Shown here piece by piece: positions 47,259 to 57,928 of a DNA stretch of 63,245 nt. A program made the translations under genes and the position numbers. The DNA comes from Rhodanobacter sp. (GTDB lineage: Bacteria > Pseudomonadota > Gammaproteobacteria > Xanthomonadales > Rhodanobacteraceae): assembly GCA_040004895.1 (NCBI GenBank), contig JBDTZX010000330.1, positions 1-63,245 of the forward strand. Reading direction: 5' to 3'. The notes under the pieces are model-generated. The model saw only the letters and a list, made by a program, of their open reading frames with translations. It had not been told where the DNA came from and made no database searches. Positions within the stretch are counted from its first letter, which is position 1. The number at the start of each line of letters is the position of its first letter.

Positions 47259-49466
47259 ATGCATTTTTCCCGCACGATGCACGCACTTGTTGCGATCGTT
47301 GCACTCGAATTCTTCGCGGCCGCCGCGCCAGCGCACGCGGACCAGCACTATTCGAGAGAAGTGTTCTTCGACAACAGTCTTGCGCCCGGCTCGTATCCGT
47401 ACAGCGAAGGCAGCGTGTCGACACCGAGTGCGTTGACGTTGGTCGATGGCAAGCTGCCGGTGACGACGGAGCAGTTCATCAGTGGACCCAACGCGCTGAA
47501 ATTGCAGTGGACGTCGGCGGTGAAAGGCGGCTGGGATGCGCAGCTCAATCTTTATCGATGGCGCAACCGCGACGTTGAATGGTCCGGCAATTCGCTGTTC
47601 ATCTGGCTGTGGAGCGACGAGGGCATTGCAGCCAGCGATCTGCCGAACATCGCACTGGTGGAGACGGAGCAGGGCGGCCATCTGTTCGGTCTGGATGTCG
47701 CGCATACGGTACGTCGACCGCTGTCGGATTTCAGCACCGACATCGCGCCGAAACACTGGACCCGCGTGCGCGTACCGCTCGACAAGTTCGCCAGCGACTC
47801 GCTGGAACCGTTCAACCCGCGACGAATGGGTGCCATCGTGCTGTCGCAGCATGCAAGTGACGAGCGGCAACACACGTTGTATCTGGATGATATTCGTGTC
47901 CACAACGATGCCGGTCCGACCACAGCGCCGCAACCGCCGGACAAGCTGCGGGCGCGCGGTTACGAACGACATGTGCTGCTGCAATGGGACGCGCCGCCCG
48001 ATCCGACGGTGGCGCAATACGTGATCTACCGATCATTGAACGGGGGCGCCTTGAAGCCGGTCGGCGTGCAGCGTTACGGCGTGAATCTCTATTCCGATTA
48101 CATCGGCGATCCGCACGCGAAGGCGAGGTATCGCGTATCCGCGCGCACGTCGTCGCTCGCCGAATCGGCGATGTCGGACGAAGCCGCCGCAGCGACGCAC
48201 CCGATGAGCGACGACGAGCTGCTGACGATGGTGCAGGAAGCCAGCTTCCGCTACTACTGGGACGCCGCCGAGCCGGTGTCCGGGATGGCGCGAGAATCAC
48301 AGCCCGGCGCCGATGACATCGTCGCGACGGGCGCCAGCGGCTTCGGCATCATGTCGATGATCGTCGCCGCGGATCGCGGCTTCGTGACTCGGCAGCAGGC
48401 GGTGGAACGGATGCTGCGGATCACCGGCTTCCTGCAGCGTGCAGACCGCTATCACGGCGTGTGGGCGCATTTCATCAGCGGCAGGACCGGTCACTCGGTG
48501 GCGCTGTTCCAGATCTACGACGACGGCGCTGACCTGGTCGAAACCTCGTTCCTGATGCAGGGCCTGCTGGCCGCGCGTGGCTACTACACGGGTGACAATC
48601 CGCAGGAACGCAAACTGCGCAAGCGCATCACGACTCTGTGGCAAGGCATCGACTGGGAGTGGTTCCGTGCCACGCCGAAGCGCGATGCGCTGTACTGGCA
48701 TTGGTCGCCGAACTACGCGTTCCACATCGCCAACCGGCTGCAAGGCTGGAACGAGGTGATGATCACCTATCTGCTGGCCATCGCGTCGCCGACACATCCG
48801 GTTCCGGCGGATATCTACTTGACCGGCTACACGCGCGTTGGTGGCGACGAGCCGTACGGAGTCAAGTACACGTACTACGGCATCCCGTTGTCGCAGGTGT
48901 ATTACCCGCCGACTGCGACATCGCCTGGCTCGCCGGGCCCGCTGTTCTTCACCCACTACTCGTATATGGGCTACGACCCGCGTGGTGTTCGTGACCGGTT
49001 CTCCAATTACTTCCGGAGCAACCGCGATCAATCGCTGGTCAGCCAGAAATATGCCGAAGCGAATCCGGGTCATTTCAAGGGCTACGGTGCCGACAGCTGG
49101 GGCCTCACCGCGGTGGACGGACCCGACGACAAGTATCACGAGTACAAGCCGTTCCTGACCGATGACGGCACCATCGCGCCGACCGGGGCGGTGAGTGCGT
49201 ACGCCTATACACCCGACGCATCGTTGGCGGCGATCAAGCACTGGTATCGCGATCTTGGCGCGCAGCTGTGGGACATCTACGGCTTCCGGGATTCGTTCAA
49301 CCAGCAGGCCGACTGGTACTCCGGCATCACCATGGGACTCAACCAGGCGCCGCAGGCGGTGATGATCGAGAACGGCCGCACCGGGCTGGTCTGGCGCAGC
49401 TTCATGGCCAACCCGGAGATCCGCCGGATGCAGAAGAAGATCGGCCTGGTGCCGGAAAAGGATTGA
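47259..49466 (+). CDS. GH144-like (glycoamylase domain) endo-beta-1,2-glucanase with N-terminal CBM-like and Fn3-like domains
   Basis: [53 protein letters not shown] and YGFRDSFN; signal peptide. Confidence 0.82.
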   Translation: MHFSRTMHALVAIVALEFFAAAAPAHADQHYSREVFFDNSLAPGSYPYSEGSVSTPSALTLVDGKLPVTTEQFISGPNALKLQWTSAVKGGWDAQLNLYRWRNRDVEWSGNSLFIWLWSDEGIAASDLPNIALVETEQGGHLFGLDVAHTVRRPLSDFSTDIAPKHWTRVRVPLDKFASDSLEPFNPRRMGAIVLSQHASDERQHTLYLDDIRVHNDAGPTTAPQPPDKLRARGYERHVLLQWDAPPDPTVAQYVIYRSLNGGALKPVGVQRYGVNLYSDYIGDPHAKARYRVSARTSSLAESAMSDEAAAATHPMSDDELLTMVQEASFRYYWDAAEPVSGMARESQPGADDIVATGASGFGIMSMIVAADRGFVTRQQAVERMLRITGFLQRADRYHGVWAHFISGRTGHSVALFQIYDDGADLVETSFLMQGLLAARGYYTGDNPQERKLRKRITTLWQGIDWEWFRATPKRDALYWHWSPNYAFHIANRLQGWNEVMITYLLAIASPTHPVPADIYLTGYTRVGGDEPYGVKYTYYGIPLSQVYYPPTATSPGSPGPLFFTHYSYMGYDPRGVRDRFSNYFRSNRDQSLVSQKYAEANPGHFKGYGADSWGLTAVDGPDDKYHEYKPFLTDDGTIAPTGAVSAYAYTPDASLAAIKHWYRDLGAQLWDIYGFRDSFNQQADWYSGITMGLNQAPQAVMIENGRTGLVWRSFMANPEIRRMQKKIGLVPEKD

Positions 49467-49673
49467 TCGCCATCACGGCCACGATTGCCGCATCGTGCCG
49501 AATCAACTCGGCAGCGATGGTGGCGCGGCGGCAGCATCGAACGTCTGGTCGTGGCTTTTTTGCGACGGGAGGCGAGCCAGGCGCCGTCGCTCGCTTCGAC
49601 GACACATGGTCGCTGCTTTCCCGTGATGACAGGCCTCGAACTGCGAGTTTTGCTTCAGCATCGACGCCTCGCC

Positions 49674-50450
49674 TCACAGGCCCGCATCAAGACGGGTGCC
49701 GTCTTCCAGCTGCAGCGTCTTCGGTTTCCACAACACGGTGAATCGGCCAGGTGGTGCGTCGATGAACGCGCGTTGCCGGTCGCTCGCATGCCGATGAGTG
49801 TTGGCGCAGCGGATTTCGCTGCGACTGGCCGGATCGATCCGGTCCGAGGGCCCCACGTCGACCCAGCACAGATCCACTGGCAGTTCCGAATCGCGGTCCT
49901 GCGCTTCGAGCGAGCCACTCATGGCCACGATCGCTTTGCTGCCGAGATTGTGCAGCGATACGGTGACCACGAAGATCGTGGCCTTGTCGCTCGGCAGCGC
50001 CGACTTGATCCCGTCGACCTGCGCCGCCGGTGCGATCAGCTGGCGCGGCGACAGGATCTCGGCATGCACGACGCTTGCTTCGACGATGTCGCGCAGGGGT
50101 GCCATGCGCGCGTCGCGCTCGGCCGCATTCCTCGTCGCCACGGCTTGCTGCGTGTCGCGCCGGATGTCCCAGGTTTTCTCCAGCGCGATGGCCTGTGCAA
50201 ATGTGCGTGCGGTGAGAGGTTCCCCGGGATCGGCCATCGACGGCAGCAGTACGTCGCCATTGCTGCGTTTCACATAGGCCTCGACCAGCGCGCGATCCCC
50301 GGGCTGCAGGCGTTGCAAGGCCGGTTCCACCGACGAAAGGTCGGTTGTGCCGAACGGCAACGCTGCTCGCAATGGATCGTGGCTGCGACGAACGAGGAAT
50401 GCCACTACGACGATGGCGACAATGGATGCGGCAATGCGAGTCAGGCTCAA
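49674..50450 (-). CDS. Hypothetical membrane-anchored protein
   Basis: N-terminal TM, then a helical and a beta-rich domain; fills the gap downstream of the halogenase. Confidence 0.65.
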   Translation of the reverse strand: MSLTRIAASIVAIVVVAFLVRRSHDPLRAALPFGTTDLSSVEPALQRLQPGDRALVEAYVKRSNGDVLLPSMADPGEPLTARTFAQAIALEKTWDIRRDTQQAVATRNAAERDARMAPLRDIVEASVVHAEILSPRQLIAPAAQVDGIKSALPSDKATIFVVTVSLHNLGSKAIVAMSGSLEAQDRDSELPVDLCWVDVGPSDRIDPASRSEIRCANTHRHASDRQRAFIDAPPGRFTVLWKPKTLQLEDGTRLDAGL

Positions 50451-50509
50451 TCGAGGAATTCGCTGTGTGATATCGCGATCATATCGACGTTGCCGCTTTC
50501 AAAGGCGCA

Positions 50510-52120
50510 TCACCACAGATAGACCTGCAGCGAACTTTCTTTCGGCTTCAGCGGGATGTCTTGCAGCAGCGCACGATGATCGGGGAAATTCATTGCGCTG
50601 CGCTCGATCAGGTTGTCGATCTGGGCCAGGTTGTGGCGTGCTTCGTCCGCAGTTGGCGGCCGCATTTCCTGCGTGTCCGGGAACAGGCCCATGCCGGCCA
50701 GCAGGCTGTACCAGGACATCGTGGGATAGCCTTGGCCGAAGCTGCCGCTCTTCAATCCCGGAATGATCGGGCGGCTGGCGAGCCAGGTCTGCAGCAGTCG
50801 CCGCAGTGGCTCGGAAAGATGGGTATTCGCTGCATTCGCGCGCCAGTAGTCGGTGTCGGTACGCGTGTTGGTCTTGTAGTGCGTGACGATGTAGTCGCGG
50901 GTGCCTTCGAACTGCGCGTTGATCGCGTCGTTGAAGGTCGACTGCACGCTCTCGCCGAGGTCGCCCTGTTCCAGCGCCGCCACCAGCAGTGCGGCGGTGC
51001 GTTGCACGAACAGCAATGTGGTCGCCTCCAGCGGCTCGATGAACCCCTGCGCCAGCCCGATCGCGACGCAATTGCGGTTCCAGTGCCGGGTGACGCGACC
51101 GACGCGCATGCTCAGGTGGCGCGCGGGGATGTCGGCATCCAGCAGTCCCAGATGGGTACGCAGCTCGGTCTCGGCTTCGTCGGGCGAGCAGAACGCGGTG
51201 CTGTAGACATAACCGTTGCCGTGGCGGTTGGTCAGCGGGATCTTCCATGCCCAGCCGTGGCGCAGCGCGGTCGAGATGGTCTGCGACATCAGCGGACCTT
51301 CGGCGGATGTGGGCAATGCGATGGCGGCGTCGTTGAACAGGTTTTCCGCGTACGGCACAAACGGCGTCTTCAGCGCCTTGCCGATGAGCAGTGAAGCGAA
51401 GCCGCTGCAGTCGATGAAAAAATCGGCGGCCAGCGTGTCGCCGCCATCGAGCTGCAGCGACGCGATGTCGCCGCGCTCGTCCAGGGTCACGGCGTTGACG
51501 TGGCGCGGTACGTGAAGCACACCGCGCTGCAGCGCCTTGCGCTGCAGAAAAGCGCCCAGCAGCGCGGCATCGAAGTGGTAGCCATACCAGACGTCGAACG
51601 GAAAGCTGCGCTGCGGCTTCGGTGCCTTGCATTCGCGCGCCAGCCGGGCGGCGATGAAGAAACGGTCCGGATGGGCGTGCACGTCTGCGCGGTCCAGTCG
51701 CGCATGCACGTTGTCGATGAACTGGGTCATGGTCAGGTTGTCGAGCATCGACGCGAACGCGTGGAAATAGCTCTCGAACCCTGGTCGGGTCGACCATTTG
51801 TCGAACGTGATGCCGCTTTTGTAGGTTGCGTTGCAGGTGGGCATCCATTCCGCCTCCTCGATGCCGAGTTCGTCGAAGAACCCGCGCAGCCACGGTGTCG
51901 AACCCTCACCCACGCCGATGATGCCGACTTGCGGCGACTCGATCACGGTGACCTCCAGCCGTGGACCGTATGTCGAATTGGAGAGCATCAGCGCGGTCAT
52001 CCAGCCCGCCGTTCCGCCCCCGACGACGACGATCTTCTTGACCGGCGGCTCGGCGTCCGTGCGCGAGCCGACTCCGCGGGCGACGACAGTCTGGTTGAAC
52101 ACGGTGGCGGTGTCTGACAT
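50510..52120 (-). CDS. Tryptophan-halogenase-family flavin-dependent halogenase
   Basis: GGGTAGW, IGVGEGS, ATYKSGI (catalytic Lys), FIDCSGF, GWAWKIP and GFIEPLEAT. Confidence 0.9.
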   Translation of the reverse strand: MSDTATVFNQTVVARGVGSRTDAEPPVKKIVVVGGGTAGWMTALMLSNSTYGPRLEVTVIESPQVGIIGVGEGSTPWLRGFFDELGIEEAEWMPTCNATYKSGITFDKWSTRPGFESYFHAFASMLDNLTMTQFIDNVHARLDRADVHAHPDRFFIAARLARECKAPKPQRSFPFDVWYGYHFDAALLGAFLQRKALQRGVLHVPRHVNAVTLDERGDIASLQLDGGDTLAADFFIDCSGFASLLIGKALKTPFVPYAENLFNDAAIALPTSAEGPLMSQTISTALRHGWAWKIPLTNRHGNGYVYSTAFCSPDEAETELRTHLGLLDADIPARHLSMRVGRVTRHWNRNCVAIGLAQGFIEPLEATTLLFVQRTAALLVAALEQGDLGESVQSTFNDAINAQFEGTRDYIVTHYKTNTRTDTDYWRANAANTHLSEPLRRLLQTWLASRPIIPGLKSGSFGQGYPTMSWYSLLAGMGLFPDTQEMRPPTADEARHNLAQIDNLIERSAMNFPDHRALLQDIPLKPKESSLQVYLW

Positions 52121-52309
52121 GGGTCGGGTACCTGGAAAGGCTGAAGTGCGCTGGCCGAGTGTGATGGACGGCTTCGAACGGAGACAATCCCCCGTCCCAT
52201 AGTCTGGCCTGACCCGGCAGGCATCCTGCGCCATACGCGCACACAGTGCGGCTCGAACCACGTGGTCATTTGACCCCCGGATCACCCGACCCGACGTACA
52301 CTCGGTCGA

Positions 52310-53434
52310 ATGTCAAGCCCAACGGCAGCCATGACGCATCACACCCCCATCGACAAGCAGGCGCAGCTGCCACTGTCTCCCTGGAGCGAACGCAGTGCGT
52401 CCGATCGGCGTGCGATGCTCACCGAGATTCTGGCGCAGGTGTCGGTGGAGGCGTTGCAGGGCGATACGCTGCAAGCGGTGCTGCAAGGTATTGTCGATTG
52501 CGTGGCGCGGCGGCTGCCGGTGGCCGTAGCCAGCATCATCCTGCTCAACGACGAGCGCACGCATTTCGTGCAGGAAGTCGGCTCTGGCATCGAGCTCGAA
52601 CTGCCCGGTGGGTTGCCTTGGCCGGTGACCATCGGTGCTGCCGGCCGTTGTGCGGTGAGCGGTCGGTCCCAGCTCATCGCCGACGTGAGCGCCGATCCGG
52701 ACTACGTGCCCGGCAACAGCCGGGTGAAGTCGGAGTATCTGGTGCCGATCCGGCATCGTTCGCTGCTGCATGGCGTGCTCAATCTCGAAAGTATCTCCGC
52801 GGATTTCTTCACGCCGGAGGTATGCGCGATGTTCGACGCGGTGGCATTGCAGATCGCCGGTGCGGTGCACCTCGCACGCGTGGTGCATGATCTGGAACTG
52901 GCCAACCGCAAGCTCGAACAGCTCTCGATGAGCGACGGACTGACCGGCATCGCCAACCGACGCAGTTTCGATCAGCGTCTGGCGCAGGAGTGGCAGCGCC
53001 ATGCCCGGGTCGGAGAATCGCTGGCCTTGCTGCTTGTCGATGTCGATTGCTTCAAGGCGCTCAACGACGCGCGCGGCCATGTTTTCGGTGATGAATGCCT
53101 GCGCGAGCTGGCGCGCCAGTGCAGTGAGGTCGTGCGCGATACACAGGCACAGGTTTCGCGCTATGGCGGTGAGGAATTCGTGCTGTTGCTGCCGGGCTCC
53201 AGCCTGCATGACGCGCAGTGCCTGGCCGAACATCTGCGTGGCCGCATCGAGGCGCTGGCGATCGTGCATCCGGCGTCGCTCGTGGCGGCCCACCTCACCG
53301 TCAGCATCGGCGTCAGCGCCGCGTATCCGCACACGGCCGTGTTGCCCGAATCGCTGATCGTGATGTCCGATCGCGCGCTCTACGCAGCCAAAGCCGGCGG
53401 ACGCAATGGTGTCGTCGCGATGGCCTGCGCCTGA
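52310..53434 (+). CDS. GAF-GGDEF diguanylate cyclase
   Basis: GAF domain (IADVSADPDY, SEYLVPI, GVLNLES); DGLTG, DVDCFK.LND..GH and RYGGEEF. No RxxD I-site. Start 52310 or 52331. Confidence 0.9.
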   Translation: MSSPTAAMTHHTPIDKQAQLPLSPWSERSASDRRAMLTEILAQVSVEALQGDTLQAVLQGIVDCVARRLPVAVASIILLNDERTHFVQEVGSGIELELPGGLPWPVTIGAAGRCAVSGRSQLIADVSADPDYVPGNSRVKSEYLVPIRHRSLLHGVLNLESISADFFTPEVCAMFDAVALQIAGAVHLARVVHDLELANRKLEQLSMSDGLTGIANRRSFDQRLAQEWQRHARVGESLALLLVDVDCFKALNDARGHVFGDECLRELARQCSEVVRDTQAQVSRYGGEEFVLLLPGSSLHDAQCLAEHLRGRIEALAIVHPASLVAAHLTVSIGVSAAYPHTAVLPESLIVMSDRALYAAKAGGRNGVVAMACA

Positions 53435-53607
53435 GCGGTCCATCTCCCCGCGCATGTGCCGATCTCTGGCGGCTGCGCGAAGACGATATGCATCAACGGC
53501 AACGCAGAGGGGCGCCATGGCACCGCGCATCGATAGTCCACCGGAGGCATGGAATCGTGTCGCCCCGACGATTTCCGTCATGTCCCGGTGTGCGCGATAC
53601 TTCGGCG

Positions 53608-54303
53608 ATGAACCGACTCCTGCCATGCCTCTGTGTGCTGCTGCTGTTCGCCCCCGCCTGCGCTGCCGAAACCCACGCATCGGCCGCACGGACCATCGTG
53701 CTGGTGCGCCATGGCTACTACGTGCCGGACCCGAAGCTGGACGAGAGCGCAGGGCCGCATCTGGCGCCGATCGGGGTGGCGCAGGCGCATCTGCTCGGCG
53801 CACGGCTGGCCGGCCTGCCGACGCGTTTCGATGCGATGGTGGTGAGCCCGGTGCAACGTGCGCGCGACACCGCCGCGACCATCGCCGGCGATTTTCCGGG
53901 CCGCCATTTCGATGTGGACAACGATCTTGCCGAATGCACGCCGCCGACGAGGCGGGCCGCGATCATGGCGCATGAAAAGCCGAAGGATCTGGCCGATTGC
54001 AAGGCTCGCCTCGATCGTGTCTTCGCGCGTTACTTCAAACCCGCGGCAGGTCGCGAGCAGACCGACCTGCTGGTTTGCCACGGCAACGTGATCCGCTATC
54101 TTGTCACGCGCGCACTCGGTGTCGATACGCAGGCCTGGCTGGAAATGTCGGTGGGCAATGCCAGCATCACCGAGGTCCGCGTCGAGGCTGACGGCAGCTT
54201 CAAGGTCATTGCCGTCGGCGACGTCGGCCACCTGCCACCTAACCTGCATACCGGCGCCAGCGGCGATCTCGAGCGCAGCCTGGCAATTCCTTCATTGCCG
54301 TAG
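53608..54303 (+). CDS. Secreted histidine phosphatase (PGAM5-like)
   Basis: Signal peptide; LVRHG, SP..RA.DTA, LAE and LVCHGNVIRY. Confidence 0.85.
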   Translation: MNRLLPCLCVLLLFAPACAAETHASAARTIVLVRHGYYVPDPKLDESAGPHLAPIGVAQAHLLGARLAGLPTRFDAMVVSPVQRARDTAATIAGDFPGRHFDVDNDLAECTPPTRRAAIMAHEKPKDLADCKARLDRVFARYFKPAAGREQTDLLVCHGNVIRYLVTRALGVDTQAWLEMSVGNASITEVRVEADGSFKVIAVGDVGHLPPNLHTGASGDLERSLAIPSLP

Positions 54304-54338
54304 TCGCGTGCGATCTGCAGACTGTTTTCGCCTTGGTG

Positions 54339-54746
54339 TCACGGCGTCAGGTTGACCTCGATCGGATCCAGATAAGGCACGCTCGGCGGCGCCGGTGCCG
54401 GCCGGTTTTCCATCGCCCCGGTGATGCAGTCGGCGAACGGGCCAGCCGGCTGCAGCACGACGCGGTAGTGCGCCGGCGACGTGAATTCGTAGTAGCCGTG
54501 CAGTGATCGGCGGTCCGGGTGGTTGCTCATGCAGTCGCGCATGGACGATACAAGTTCGGGAATGGCGCGCATCTGGGTGCCGATCCGGTCGTCGTAGGCC
54601 GCGCCGACACCGACTGCGGCGTTGGCCTTGGCCTTGGCGTAGTTCTGTTCGAACGTCGGTGCCTGCGCCTGTGCAAGGGAACAAAGCGGCAGGCCCGTGC
54701 ATGACAGCGCGAGTACGGCAATCCATTTGATATCGCGATGGCGCAT
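54339..54746 (-). CDS. Secreted hypothetical protein
   Basis: GGAG RBS; signal peptide ending AQAQA; Cys pair and PAPP motif. Confidence 0.7.
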   Translation of the reverse strand: MRHRDIKWIAVLALSCTGLPLCSLAQAQAPTFEQNYAKAKANAAVGVGAAYDDRIGTQMRAIPELVSSMRDCMSNHPDRRSLHGYYEFTSPAHYRVVLQPAGPFADCITGAMENRPAPAPPSVPYLDPIEVNLTP

Positions 54747-54913
54747 TGAAGACTCCGTGGTGATGATCAGGCAACCGATGCCGACCGGTGCATCGTCCGC
54801 GCTGGGCGACGGAAGTCAAGTCGCGGCGGATTGACCGTCCAGGCAGCCGGACGTAGCCTGCGTCGATGCGCCATCGCCGGCACGATGGCCGGCTCTTCAC
54901 CGGAGACGCACCC

Positions 54914-56047
54914 ATGCCGCAAGCGGCGGTCGTGATCGTTGGGGCGGGAGCCGCGGGGCTGTCCGCCGCGGGCGCCTTGCGCCAGCAGGGCATCGATGCG
55001 GTGCTGCTGGAGCAGGACTCTGCCATCGGCGGAACCTGGGCACGTCGCTACGACCGGCTGCACCTGCACACCGTGCGCGCGTATTCCGGACTCGCGCACT
55101 ATCCGATTCCGCGCACGTATCCGAAGTACCTCGCACGCGACGACTACGTCGCCTATCTCGCCGAGTATGCGCAGCACTTCGCGCTGCGCATTGTCACCGA
55201 TTGGTCGGTGCGCACGATCCGGGTCGTGCAGGGAGCGCCGCTGCGGTGGCAGCTGGCCGGGGTGCGAGACGACTGGCAGGCCCGCGTGGTCATTGTCGCC
55301 AGCGGACAGTACCGCGTGCCGCGCCTGCCGCTATTGCCGGGTCTGGAAAGTTACGCCGGAGCGTTCACGCATTCGGTGACGTACCGCAACGCATCGACGT
55401 ACGCTGGCAAGCGCGTGCTGGTGGTGGGCCTGGGCAACAGCGGTGCGGAGATCGCCACCGACCTGATCGAGCATGGTGCTTCGTTCGTGGCAGTCAGCGT
55501 GCGCACGCCACCGCCGGTCGTGCCGCGCGACCCGCTCGGCAATCCGGTACAGCGCACCAGTATGCTGTTGAGCAGGTTGCCGCCGCGCGTTGCCGATCGC
55601 CTGGCGCAGCTGACCGCCAGGTTGATCTTCGGCGACCTGAGGCGCCACGGATTTCCCGCGGCAGACTGGCGGCCGTACTCGTCGAGCCAGGTGCCGGTGA
55701 TCGACGTCGGCTTCGTCGACATGTTGAAGAAGGGCCGCGTGCAGATCCGTCCCGCCCTGCTGCGGCTGACCGCAACCGAGGCGGTATTCGCGGACGGTCG
55801 TGCGGAATCCTTCGACGCGATCATCGCCGCCACCGGTTTCGGCAGCGGGCTGGATGCGCTGATCGAGCCGTCAACGCTGCTGAACGCTGACGGGGAACCG
55901 GTTGCCGACTCGGGCGAACCCACGGCAAGCCCGGGCCTGTTTTTCATCGGCTACACCCACAGCCTTCGCGGTCATCTGTTCGAGGCGAATCTGGCGTCGC
56001 GCCGGCTTGCCTCGAACGTGGGGCGTTATCTCGAGGCGGCGCCCTGA
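54914..56047 (+). CDS. Flavin-containing monooxygenase (class B FMO, YUCCA/TrkA-like)
   Basis: GAGAAG, GGTW...YDRL.LH, the FMO motif YAGAFTHSVTYR, GLGNSG and ATGF. Confidence 0.88.
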   Translation: MPQAAVVIVGAGAAGLSAAGALRQQGIDAVLLEQDSAIGGTWARRYDRLHLHTVRAYSGLAHYPIPRTYPKYLARDDYVAYLAEYAQHFALRIVTDWSVRTIRVVQGAPLRWQLAGVRDDWQARVVIVASGQYRVPRLPLLPGLESYAGAFTHSVTYRNASTYAGKRVLVVGLGNSGAEIATDLIEHGASFVAVSVRTPPPVVPRDPLGNPVQRTSMLLSRLPPRVADRLAQLTARLIFGDLRRHGFPAADWRPYSSSQVPVIDVGFVDMLKKGRVQIRPALLRLTATEAVFADGRAESFDAIIAATGFGSGLDALIEPSTLLNADGEPVADSGEPTASPGLFFIGYTHSLRGHLFEANLASRRLASNVGRYLEAAP

Positions 56048-56117
56048 CCGGCTGCGGGCTTCGCCAACCTGCAGAGCGGTCAGGACACACGTCGGAGGCC
56101 GTCTGTTCATTGCGCCG

Positions 56118-56831
56118 CTATCGTACGGCGTAGTCGAGCTTCGGATACCAGTCGGTGCCGCGACCTTCGGGGGTCGCGTCGAGGATGGTCCACAGCGGCA
56201 TCAGGTCCGGAGCGCCGCGCGGATCCTGGCCGGGGTCGGCGGATTCGAAGCCCATCTCGCCACTCCAGAAGTGGCGAATGCGGCCGTTGCGACGGGTGAA
56301 CACGTTGAAGGCCGCCTGGTCGCCATCGCCACCATCCTTGTCGACGGCGAAGTAGTCGCGGCTGTAGGTCTGGTTCACGTCGGAATACAGCGGCAGGTCA
56401 CGCCAGCCGCGTTCCTGCGCGAAGGCGAGCAGTCGACTGATCGGCGAGCGCGCTACCACCGCCAGCGCCACACGCTGACGCACATCGTTGGCCTCGCCGT
56501 TCCATGCGCCCAGCAGCGAGGTGCACATCGGGCAGGGACGTTCGCGCTGCGGCCCGAACATGTAGCTGTAGACCACCAGCGTCTGCCGCTCGCCGAACAG
56601 ACCGGCAAAATCGACAACTCCGTCCTTGCCTTCAAAACGGTAATCACCCATGACTTCGCCGCCTGGGGGCAGGCTGCGGCGCTGCTCTGCAACGCGCTCG
56701 ATATGCCGGCGCAGTTCGATCTCCTCGGCCAGCAGCGCACGGCGCGCCGTCCGGTATTCGGCGCTTTCATTCGGAAAGCTCATCGTGCTGCGGTTCGCCA
56801 GTTCGATGGCGGGGACAAGGGTCTGGGTCAT
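56118..56831 (-). CDS. DUF899 thioredoxin-like protein
   Basis: FPNES.EYR.AR..LL.EE..LRR, RR.LP.G, CPMC and IRHFW. Confidence 0.9.
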   Translation of the reverse strand: MTQTLVPAIELANRSTMSFPNESAEYRTARRALLAEEIELRRHIERVAEQRRSLPPGGEVMGDYRFEGKDGVVDFAGLFGERQTLVVYSYMFGPQRERPCPMCTSLLGAWNGEANDVRQRVALAVVARSPISRLLAFAQERGWRDLPLYSDVNQTYSRDYFAVDKDGGDGDQAAFNVFTRRNGRIRHFWSGEMGFESADPGQDPRGAPDLMPLWTILDATPEGRGTDWYPKLDYAVR

Positions 56832-56943
56832 CTCGGTCTCCAGGTGGAAGGGAGGAGGGTCATCGCTGGCGCGACAACAAGCTTGTGGCGTGCGGCTCGA
56901 AGCTGTGTCTTCGACGGGCCGCAACAAGGCTGCCTGTCCTGAC

Positions 56944-56970
56944 GACGAACAGCCGGGACCGAAATCGACA
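56944..56970 (-). promoter_or_regulatory. ECF42-like promoter copy 4 (TGTCGA-N16-TCGTC) upstream of DUF899
   Basis: Exact motif, about 110 bp upstream of the ATG. Confidence 0.72.
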
Positions 56971-57081
56971 TCCATCGGCTGGTCCGCTGGAAGGCATTCA
57001 CGTCGCTGTGTGCACTGAACGACCCGGCGCAGGATTCATCCACCGGTTGATGCTCGCCGCGTTTACGGGCATGGTGCATGG

Positions 57082-57909
57082 ATGACCATCGATATGGACG
57101 TCCATACTTCTGCTGATGCCGCCTTGCTGGAGGTCGACCGGGCCAGCGTGATGCAGGGTGACCGGCTGGTACTGGACCGGTTGAGCCTGCGGATCTCCAC
57201 TGGCGAACATACCGCCATCCTCGGACCGAACGGTTCGGGCAAGTCGACGCTGGTGAAGCTGATTGCGCGACAGCTGTATCCGCTGGCCTCCGGTGAGGCA
57301 CCCGGTACCGTGCGCATTTTCGGGCGCGAGCGCTGGGCGGTCTCCGAGCTGCGCCGCCTGCTCGGCATCGTGTCGCCGGCGGTGCAGCAGGATTACGCCA
57401 GCGATGTGCCGGTGGAGGTGCTCGACGCGGTGGTATCGGGTTTCTTCGCCGCGCGCGGCGTGGCACGACACCATCATGTCACCGGCGCCATGCGTGACCG
57501 CGCGCGCGATGTGCTGGAGCAGGTCGGCGCCACGCATCTGGCCGGCCGCAGCATGTCCAGCCTGTCGACCGGCGAAGCCCGTCGCGTGCTCATCGCGCGT
57601 GCACTGGTGCATCGGCCGCGCGCGCTGCTGCTGGACGAGCCGTGCGCCGGACTGGACATGGCCAGCCGCAGGCATTTCATGGAAAGCCTGCGCACTCTGG
57701 CAAGCGGCGGTACCACGCTGGTGCTGGTGACCCATCACGTCGAGGAGATCGTGCCGGAGATCGAGCACATCGTGCTGCTGCGCGACGGCCAGATGCTGGA
57801 GCAGGGCGACAAGGCCGCGACACTCACTGACGCCGCACTATCCCGTGCCTTCGGCATGCCGGTGCAGGTGTCACGGCATGGCGCGTACTACGCGGCGACG
57901 CCGGCCTGA
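57082..57909 (+). CDS. ABC transporter ATP-binding protein (ModF-like), orphan
   Basis: GPNGSGKS, LSTGE, LLLDEP and VTHH. Confidence 0.88.
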   Translation: MTIDMDVHTSADAALLEVDRASVMQGDRLVLDRLSLRISTGEHTAILGPNGSGKSTLVKLIARQLYPLASGEAPGTVRIFGRERWAVSELRRLLGIVSPAVQQDYASDVPVEVLDAVVSGFFAARGVARHHHVTGAMRDRARDVLEQVGATHLAGRSMSSLSTGEARRVLIARALVHRPRALLLDEPCAGLDMASRRHFMESLRTLASGGTTLVLVTHHVEEIVPEIEHIVLLRDGQMLEQGDKAATLTDAALSRAFGMPVQVSRHGAYYAATPA

Positions 57910-57928
57910 ATCGGTCAGTGAATCAGAG

